A stretch of DNA of 43,243 bases from Gonapodya sp. JEL0774 (taxonomy: Eukaryota), in contig JADIIX010000162.1 of NCBI GenBank assembly GCA_027604505.1, positions 1 through 43,243 on the forward strand. Direction: 5' to 3'. Of the stretch, positions 33,980 through 43,243 are shown one piece after another; the first letter of the stretch is position 1; the number at the start of each line of letters is the position of its first letter. The translations under genes were made by a program, and so were the position numbers. The notes below the pieces were generated by a model that saw nothing but the letters and a program-made list of their open reading frames with translations, searched no databases and was not told the DNA's origin.

Positions 33980-34328
33980 GTCTTTTTCCTTTCGTTGGTT
34001 TGGCTGGACTCTACACAGAAAAGGTCTCTGCCCATTCAAGTCTCGTTGTGAGGAGTTTGGAGGAGGCAGTCATCGTCATGGGAATCTGCTTCTACATTCA
34101 TCATTATATAATTAGATTATTTCTACGTGTATAATTCTACATATGATATCATGGCATTTCTTATCTCGACCGTTAGTCAACTTGAAATGGACGCAGACAA
34201 ACCAATTATCTTCCATAACGCCACGTCCACTCAACTGAACCAGCAGTTCCGAAGCTCCCCGTCCACGGGCTTATCGGACCTGTGGTAATACCAGTATATA
34301 CCCTGGAGTCCGGGCCTGGGATCGTCCC

Positions 34329-35700
34329 ATGAACGGACTGAAAGGCTCTGAATCGTCATCACCCCAAGCGCGGATATGGGATCGTCAATTGATTGCAGCA
34401 ATTGAAGATGGAAATCTCGATTTGGTCAGAATAGCCCTGGCTCGTGGTGCTGACGTGAACTCCGCTACCAAAATTTTGACAGTTAGTATAAAACTGGAAA
34501 CGGGAGAGACCGAGACAGACTCGCGGCCTGCCGAATCGGCCCTCGCATTGGCGATTCTATCCGGAAGAACAGACATCCTGCATTGCCTGCTTGAAAATGG
34601 TGAGTTCAGTCAGGATTTGCGTGACCACTCACCGACATTCTATTCACGGTCTACACTGGTTCCGGTTCTTCGCGGATTCTTCCGTTGCGCTTATGATTCC
34701 TTGTCGGGACTTTTTAATGGCAAAACAAGGGGCGGACCCCCGAACGCCGATCGAATGGCCGATTCCGGAGATCTGGGAAAATTGGACTGGGGAAGGCGGC
34801 CTCTTGGACCGAGGTCGTTGGAGATTTGAAAACGCGTTGGAGCTCGCTCTCGCTGTTGGTCGACCAGAGCTGCGCTGCAACCTTCGCGGAGTGACTTTGA
34901 ATTTCGACAACCCGTCATCCCTTGACGAGGTTTCCGCGCGAGTGACTCGAGATCCAGATTCGAACGTTGCACAACTTCTTATCCGGTTTGGTTCTCCCGT
35001 CACTGCTCTCAGTCTTGAGGCTATACGTCAGCTCAGGGATGAGGGCCGGCGCGAATTCGCAGAGTTAATCTCGGCGGACATTTTCCTTGACGCGTTTTCT
35101 GAGCAATTGCGATCTAACGCACGATTGCAAGGCGTAATTGATGACCGCATCCGTGAGATAACGGAGCTCGAGCAATTGCTCCTTGATCGTGCTTCCCGGT
35201 TCGCAGAATTGGAGCGAGAGTTCCTTCGAGAGAAACAACGGAGCGCGTCACTCGCTGATGAGCTTGCTCGCAAGGATGCCGTGGTCGCGAGTGTGCGAGG
35301 AAGTGTACCACCGGACCGACTGGAAGTTGTTCCGAAGGTGCGGCAGCGCTGCTATGCCGTCCACTCGTTCACCGCGGTTCGACGAGATGAAGTCGCACTC
35401 ACAGTTGGTGACGAAATGCTTTGCATCTATGAGTTCAAAGACGGCTGGGTGGCGGTGAGTAAGCTTTTTGCGTGCGTGCTTCGTGAGGTTTGTGCGTAGC
35501 TCAAATTTGTTCTGGTCGTCAACATTCCCATGCACAACCTGGCACTTTCGCCGGCACACTAGGGTACCAATAAAACAACTGTACAAACTGGCTACGTACC
35601 GAAAATTTGTTTGTCAAGCAGCCTTCTTGACGGAGACCGAGTGCTGGGGTTGCCTGAGCGTTCTGATTCCCTCTTCTTCACATTTACTACGCACCACTAA
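34329..35700 (+). CDS. Ankyrin-repeat, coiled-coil and SH3 domain protein
   Basis: LIAAIEDGNLDLVRIALARGADVN and ESALALAILSGRTDILHCLLEN|GADP (ankyrin); IREITELEQLLLDRASRFAELEREF (coil); YAVHSFTAVRRDEVALTVGDEM..FKDGWVA|GTNKTTVQTGYVPKICL (SH3). Introns ~34600-34729 and ~35455-35562. Confidence 0.85.
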
Positions 35701-35912
35701 GGAAAAAAATATACCGAACGAGACGATTTCCTAAAAATCAGTACTTATTCTGAAACGCCTCTTACATAGTTAGATCAACAGTGTACTCCCACGTAAATAG
35801 GCAGCGCATCAGGTTATTCGCAAATTCAATCTAGATAAAACTCTTGAAGCATCTACAAAAGGCCGCCCAAGTCCGTGCACGACCAGCGAGCACACCCGCA
35901 CTACAGGTGGCT

Positions 35913-37595
35913 CTACACGAGAAGACCGGCAATGACGGCGCAAACCGCCGCCGCGCTTTCCCATCCGACAACACTTCCACTGAGGGCAGAGTTGGACTTG
36001 GCAGTTGCCGCAGAGTTAGAGCCACTTGCAGTCCCGGTAGAAGAAGAACCAGCAGTGGTGGTCTTCGAAACGGCCTTCGTCGTCACCACGCTGCCATTTC
36101 CGGTGTAGGTGCTGGTACCGGTGGGGAATGACTGCGCAGCGACAACGGGGATCGCAGGGGAGCTGAACTTGGGGACGTTTGGTGGGCAACCAGTAGTTGC
36201 TGCTGTGCAAACACCACCGAGCCGGCAAACGGAGTCGTGCCAAGCGCAACCATTCGTGTCCCAGGTTTTTTCCTCGGTCCACACGGCAAATCCAGCGGGC
36301 TTTTGACTGTCGGGAATACCCGCCATTTGGGTGTAAAACACGTCCGCAGGTACAAAAGCGTTCTCAATCTGCGGCTGGTTGGTTTGGGTACCGATAATCA
36401 TCTTCTTTGGGTTCAGCGAGCCAACGGAGCCAGCAGCCATGACAACCGAGAGTTGCGACTGGTAGATGGCAGCAAGGTTGACGGTGGAGTTCAAGTCGTG
36501 GGGTGGCATAGTGTACTTCAGGATTGGTTGCGTTAGCGAGTCGTTGTTGGAAACCCACTCCCACATGTTGTTCTTTGGGTAGTACCTAGGGTCAGAAGCG
36601 CGCACAACAAGTGTTCACGAGTGTGGGCGAATTGCGATAGAACAGGTCATTCCTCACATCCAAATCATGTACGTCAGGGAGTCGTAAGCAGCCTTGTCGG
36701 ACTCAATAAGATACATGTAGTTGTTGTACCACGGAGCCAGGGGACGGACGGGGAACTTCATTGGGGTGAAGGAGCCCGGGTCCTCAATATTCGGAGCACC
36801 GAAGAACGGAGGCTGGAGAGAGACGGTGAAGATTTTGTTGGGACCTATAGCTTGACGCAGAGCGATTTGGACAAGACCCATGAAGTCAAGGCCCTGATCG
36901 GCGGAATCCGAGGGATGAGGTTTCGAAGTGATGTAAAGAGGGACAAGAGCGAAAGCTCACATCTTTATCAGCCAGAGCTTCAACCTCTGCTCCGGCGGTT
37001 CCACCAGTGGTTTCGGTGTGCGCCTCCTCATTGTCAAAATCGACGGCGTCCAAGTTCCATTTGGTCATGAAGTCGGCAACTACCTGGCACCACTTGGTGA
37101 TGACACTCATGTCTTTGCCACCGGCAACGTAAAGGTTGAATAGAGTGGTAAAGACACGCGGGACCTGCACCAAACACAGAAGTGGATAAGTCGGGCCATG
37201 ATGAACGGACTTCGCATGGAAATACTCACTTTTGCTGTGACAGTGTCTCCGCCTCCAATGGATATTCCAACGCGTTTGCCCGCACTTTGCAACAGGGCGA
37301 TTCCATCTTTGCAGCCGTACCGGGCTGGGGGTATGTTGTCAGTTGCCAGCGACTCCGTGCATTGAGCAGGCAAGTCGATCGAGTACATGTTGTCGGCGGG
37401 GATGTAGGCAAACGAAATCAGGACAATGGTGTAGGCGGACTGTGCGACCGATTGGAACGAGGTGTTGGACCGCCAGAAGAGAACAGCCTCAGCGGTGGAG
37501 GTTGTTTGCGCTCTTGTTACTGCAGGAGAGCGGAGAACAAGGAGGCCGGCTGCCAAAAGGAGTGCTGAAAGGGCGGATATGCGCCGAGGTGCCAT
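35913..37595 (-). CDS. GH18 chitinase, secreted, probably GPI-anchored
   Basis: Signal peptide; GKRVGISIGG (SxGG); WNLDAVDFDNEE (intact DxxDxDxE at 37027-37050); small Cys cluster; S/T-rich stalk; hydrophobic end SNSALSGSVVGWESAAAVCAVIAGLLV. First intron 37229-37165. Confidence 0.9.
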
Positions 37596-38728
37596 GGTTC
37601 CTAAAGTGCGGTGTGGGTATTAACAGAATGGGGAACGCGCCAAAACCAGCCAATTGTTAAGTTTTTCGAATCACGTTGGCAAAGAATGAGGGGTTAAGTG
37701 AGGGAGGTGTGCACAACGGACGCACGGCCGATTCTTCTGCCCAGAATAACAGTCTCCAGTGATGTGGGGATCCGATACCTCAGCTCCCAACCGGAGTTCT
37801 CTCGAAATAGGCTCAATTTCCTAAAGATGCCAGTTTCTCAGCCCACGTTCTCCAAGCTTTTGTGGCCTTGCTTGGCAGACAAGCCTAGACTGTCTTTTTC
37901 AGTTCAGGAAAGTTGAGCAGAAACAAGCAGCTCCAATGTTCGCTGAGTGTCTCCATCGTTCGTTCGTCCTACGAGATCGTCCTGTCCCCCGATATGATTC
38001 TCCCACTCTTCGCCAAGTCAGGGCCACCAGCATGCCATCAAGTCCCCGATAGAAGCCACAGAAGCTCCCCGCCCAGTCTGCGCAGGCGCTGTGCATTTGC
38101 TCTTGTCTGCTTTTGTACTTACGATATCGTCGCTGCAGGACTTGAACGCAGGCAGGTGATCTTTCGTCGGACACAAAAACGGAAAGCACGACCTCATCCC
38201 CTCCCTCCCTTCGTGGCGCAGCCCCAACGGCGACCACCGCCCCCTTCGCAAAATTTCAGGTGAACACATAATGACCCAATGAGGGTAACACGTATCAAAA
38301 AGCATTGCGAATTTCAATGGGAGTAATTCTCGGTGTCCATTTCTCACTGTGTGCTGACGATGGTACGGCAGTTTATTGATGACTACTGTACCTTTTGTAT
38401 TGTCAAATTTATCAGCAATTCTCTTCCTCCAACTGCGTTCAGGTTGATCCAGAGGTTCGCTTTCGCCAAGAGTCTGACTCAGGGCAGTTGGGTAGATGCT
38501 GGCGAGGTGTAAGTCGGCCTCCCCGAGATCTTTGTTGACGGGTAGGTGACCTTCATTTCACGCAACACCAATGTAAAGCATTCAAGACACCGGCCATTCC
38601 TGCAATTTCGTTGAAGAGCGAGTGTTTTGATGTGTCCTTCTGGGGTTGCTCCGTGGCAGAACTCTGAGCAAAACTTTCAATGATGTCATTGCGTTTCTCA
38701 CTCAAGGAAATCCGCACATGCATGCTCA

Positions 38729-41700
38729 ATGGAAGACGAGTATAATACTGAAGAAATTGATTTTATTGATGTCATGACTGATTCCTGTGTACATGACTGT
38801 AAACCAAACTGTGCAATGCCGAAGGAACTCTCTGGTTCCTCGCCCAGCAGAGTCGTTGACCGTACCGGAAATGATGATTTTAAACGTGGCCTTGAGGATG
38901 CACTCGCTGCTGCCGAAGTTCTTGCCACCGGTCGGCATGTGACAGGAACCGAACAGGTTGACCAGGAGAATGTCCAAAGGACGCCAGAACAAGATGGCAG
39001 GCGCCAAAGACCTGCTACCCTCGAGCAGGCTCTTGAATGGCGGATTGATGGTCTGAAAAAACTGGGACTTGATTCGGTTGAGGGTGAAGACAAAAGCGAA
39101 GACACGGGGTCCCCATCACCAGGACTACCTCTGTCAGAAGCTCCAAATCTACTCGACAACTCAACCCTTTCGACATCAATAGACAGCTACGATTATGGTC
39201 CCGTGGATGCGTTTTGGATGTTTGCGCGAGCTTGTGGAGACGTTTTCGTAAGAGTCCATTCCACCCTGGAAAGAGTTCAGCAGCAAGGTGAGGTGTCCCA
39301 GGACTGCTGCGAACCACCTAAGATTTCGTTTCCAACGGCTCGGATCATTCGTTGGTTCTCCATGCGACCCTTTCACGTCCTCTTGCTGCCGATAGATCCT
39401 TCTCGTCCACACCTGCCACTTGTTTCCGTCTCTCACGTTGCTGCACTCTCTGAGTTCACAATAGCATGGGGTATCTTGCCTTATCTCCCTCCTGGCCTCT
39501 CCACACCGCTCACCAGCCGTGTTGCCGGAGGACTCCAGGCTGTGAGGAGCGCAGTCGAGTCGCTGTCATTTCCTACACCGTCGAGCTCCACGGTGCGTAG
39601 TGGCCAAGGACCCTCGTCTGTCCAAGCTAGCCTCTCTGCACTCTCTTCCGACCCCGCTGCCCGGCGTGCGGCTGCGACGCGCCTCAATCGCGCTCTCGAC
39701 CCTAAAGACCCGTACGGTATACACGGAACTTCTGTGGCGCTCTCACAACGTCAACGTGGTGCGCGTCTTCTACTTACGGCTGGGTTCCTCGCCCGGCCAG
39801 TGATTCAGGATGCCAAGCGCTTTTCTTCGAACACCCACACTCAAGGCGTCGACAAGGATGTGACAGGGAAGATTCAGTCCGCACCCGTACTTCAACGCAC
39901 TTTGCCAGCAGATGCCATTGAACTGGGCAGGATAGCGGCCGATCTGCTCCCCGACATCTGGGCGGCTCTTGCTTGGGTCGCTTTCGGCTCGTGGACAGGT
40001 CAAGATCAGAGTGAGCACGGAAATGATCAAGAGAGTGTGATGCAAGTGGCGAAGATGCGTAAAGATGCGGCATGTTTGTTGACGGAACTGTTTGAAAGGT
40101 TGGTTTGCCCGTCAATAGATATAGTGGACCACTTGGAGCAGCAAACACGACAAACGGGTGAAGTGATTTCGAACGCTTGCTTGTTTGAATTCTGAAACGT
40201 GAATTCCCCTTATAACGGACCGACGATGCAATGATTTGGCATCCAAAGTCTTCCCCCAGCCACATTACTACCCTCCCTCTCCCACTTACTCTCCACGCTC
40301 CCTACTCCTTTACCCACACAACTCACTGCAATCCGCGTTCACTTGTCCACAACTCTCTCTTTAGTCTCTCTCAGCCCTTATGGGCTCCAGTCGTGCTTGG
40401 AGTTCGCCGCCCGTGAAACTGCACCGAGCGCATCCGAGACTGCCCCCGACACATCGTCAATGGATCGTGCACTACGTTTGTTGCTCGGTCTGCCAGCCGC
40501 ACTAGGCCGGGCTGCGTCCTCTCGAGTTCCTCTCGTGGTACCACTACCGACTCTAACGCCGCTCTCTTTTCGACCCCTTCTGTCTTCCTACCTTGTACGC
40601 GCTCTGTTTGAGGCTGACTTCGCCTCTGTTTCTCAATCGATGTCTAATCCAGCGGCTGCCCGGTCTCGTGCTGTCCTGGGATGGTGTGCCGCTGGATGTG
40701 TCCGGGCAGGTTGGACTGAGGTTGCAGTCGAAGTGAGACGATCTTTAAATGCAGCATTAAATTTTCTCGTGGATTGGGACTTAAGAGCCGTGTATGTCGC
40801 AAATGAAACAGGAGCACCGCCTCCGGGGACGGTTCTGACAACCTCCCAACAACTCGCCCAGGCGTTGCACGTGCTTTCTGCTCTCTCGCTGCCGCTTCTG
40901 TTCCCGTCCCCTCTCGCCCCGAGAGATGATCCATTGTTGGCCTTGTTGGCACCGTACTCAAGTTCTGTGTATCGTGTTCTGGAAGCAGGAACAAGAACGA
41001 GATCGTATATGAAAGGTGAAGCAGAGGAGCTGCTACGAGTCTGGATACGCGCTACAGCAGGGCTCAGTGTGGGAAGCGAGAGAGAGGCGGCAGATGTAGA
41101 GGCTGCGGTCGGGTTGGTGGAGGGCGTGATGTGGGGCGTCATCGCACGACGGGAAGGTGGTGGTGGACGAGTGAACCTTACTGCAGCTTCTGATGGTGGT
41201 TTAGAGGTGATTGCGGTGGAGAGAAGCTATAGCATCGCTCCGGAGAATGAGGCGTTGTCGGCACCCTTGAATTTGCGTACGACTGACGACATGAAAGTCA
41301 GCCGCAACTCATCTGATGCGCCGCGCATTCTGTTTCGAGAATGTGTTGAATCAGAGAACAATGCGGACTCAATTCTTATAAGAGAAGCCGTTCAGGGCTC
41401 TGGATCGGAGCCAGGCTCAAAGGGTGTTTCTGCGCCCGTAAGCGACTTCTCCGTTCGACTTGACCCAGATTTATTTGACCAGATGTTGTCGGATTTTGCT
41501 TCCTGGGTTGAGAGGATGGATACAGTGGATTTCGAATCGAATGACACAAGTTCACCGCCAAGGACAAGATCGCGATCAGGGCGTAGCACAGAACATCAAG
41601 ACGAAGCGGAAGTGGCAACAATGGGGCTAAAGCAAACATTATTTGTCAGGGTCTTGTCAGATTGGGTCACAGAATCTGTTGCTGATGACGCCAGCGAGGG

Positions 41701-43093
41701 AAGTGACGAAGTTAATCCAGCTGCTAATAATCAAAGTGGTTCAACACCCGTGGGCACGAGGCTGCTCAACCTTTCGCTCGTTCTTGCGACCCTAATGCAG
41801 CGTTTTGAGTCTACTTTGTTCTTGCCAGTTCGGTCGACTTCGGGACTCTCTTCCTATCCTCCTGCACTGGATCTTGTCCGAGCCCTGCTTATCCGAACTG
41901 AAGCTACCAGCGCTGCGTCTGTTGATGTTTTGAGGATCGCAATGCAGGTTGCGGATGGCGCCCTCGTATCGTGGACTCAGGCGCTTGCGGCGAGTGTTAT
42001 GGAGGGGAGCAGGTTGGTTTGGAAGATGGAGGATGGGGTGAAGCTTGAGGGCCTCGCAGTGGTGCTCGGTGCGTTTGCTCGTCATGAAGACAAAGAGGTT
42101 GGACGGTTCTCGAAGAGAGCGGCGGAAATGGCGAGAAGTGTGGGTGAGATTGGGAAAGTTATGGCAGCAGTCCAAGATGGAGGAGCCGACTCTGTTCGTG
42201 AGATTGATTCCTCTGGAGATAATTCGGCGGTGGAAGCTCGTTATGCAATGGCAATGGCCGACGCTAGGTCACCGGTTGCACCATTCCGGGCCAAAGGCTT
42301 ATCAGCCCTGCGAAATCTTATCCTCGATGACGAACGTGCCGTCTCGACTTTTCTCGCTCAACGATTAAGTGATGTCATCGAGGTGATCCTGGATGCTCTG
42401 GGTGATCCAGACTCGTTCGCGTACCTCACCGCGGTTCGCACACTGTCCGCCTGCGCCGAAGCATACCCTCGAGAGGCGTTGACAACAATGGCTCGAGAGT
42501 TTGGGAACCCGACCGGTGATAAGGACCGTCGATTGCGAATTGGAGAATCCATGCTCCAATCGATGCAGAGAGCGGGAGAAACGGTGGCCAAAGTAGCGGA
42601 CGTACTTGCTCCAGCGATGCTGGCAGTACTGAATGCGCAACCCGGGGACGAAGACCTTGCATCATCAGCCCTGTCTCTCATGGGCGCGGTAGTCGAAGGG
42701 GGGTTAGTGTGGGCAGGTCCGCGCCTTGCGGAAGTTGTGACGGACGCCGCTTGTGGCGTCATTGAGGTGGAGAATGGAAAGTCGGTGAAGCTAACAAGAG
42801 GTGGTGTGTGGGTGTTGCTTTGCACGGTGAGAGGTGTGAGGAGGATGTTGGAGCGGAGGAGTACAGTCAAAGCAGGAGATTTTTTGGAAAGGACTACTGT
42901 CACGCGAATGAAGCGTTGTCTCGAGAATGTCAGAGACTGTTTTGTGCTAGCAACATTGAGTTATCGACGAGATACCCCTCTAGTGGACAACCTTCCAGAT
43001 CCAGATCAGGACTGGGATGTTGCGAAATCTCACGCACGTATCGCGCTTTCTGAACTTGCTGAGATTGTTTTGCAGAATAGCAGAAAATTTTGA
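38729..43093 (+). CDS. RTP1: RNA polymerase II assembly factor Rtp1 / TANGO6-like helical-repeat protein
   Basis: ORFs 38729-40195 and 40343-43093 join in frame through a phase-2 intron 40099-40248 (LFES|LPPATLLPSL). C-terminal ARSPVAPFRAKGLSALRNLI..LDALGDPDSFAYLTAVRTLS..RLRIGESMLQSMQRAGE resembles the Rtp1 C-terminal domain. True start uncertain. Confidence 0.8.
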
Positions 43094-43243
43094 ATCATGT
43101 GCATCATCAGCAGATTTGTCAATTATAATATTTGTTCAGATCGTCCATTCACACTGTCGCAAGCATTAGTGGGTTTCAAAGTTGACTGAAATCGAATTAT
43201 AATACGCACATTCTCGGCGACTTAAATATTGGAACATACGAAA

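Overview
Eukaryotic genomic DNA with short GT-AG introns. It looks fungal; an early-diverging chytrid or monoblepharid is my inference from gene style, not a database result. Three 10-N gaps sit next to poly-G/C runs. From left to right: (1) a ~0.93 kb element with 77-bp terminal inverted repeats, inserted just before the GPY motif of a Ty3/Gypsy chromovirus integrase-chromodomain remnant with PPT and 3' LTR start; (2) a spliced minus-strand gene fusing C2H2-type zinc fingers to an RNase H1 domain whose four catalytic carboxylates are all replaced (D>H, E>A, D>N, D>Q); (3) a hypothetical gene; (4) a DCAF6/DCAF8/WDTC1-like WD40 gene; (5) two tandem secreted Thr-rich mucin-like genes built from phase-2 exons, each ending in three copies of an unrecognised 40-aa Cys/Trp module containing a 14-nt microexon; (6) a coiled-coil ORF; (7) an Amt/Mep ammonium transporter; (8) an ankyrin/coiled-coil/SH3 gene; (9) a probably GPI-anchored GH18 chitinase; (10) an RTP1/TANGO6-like gene. 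The strongest novelty candidates are the zinc-finger/dead RNase H1 protein and the microexon-coded repeat mucin pair. Exon structures were assembled by hand from splice consensus and frame continuity; no searches were run.
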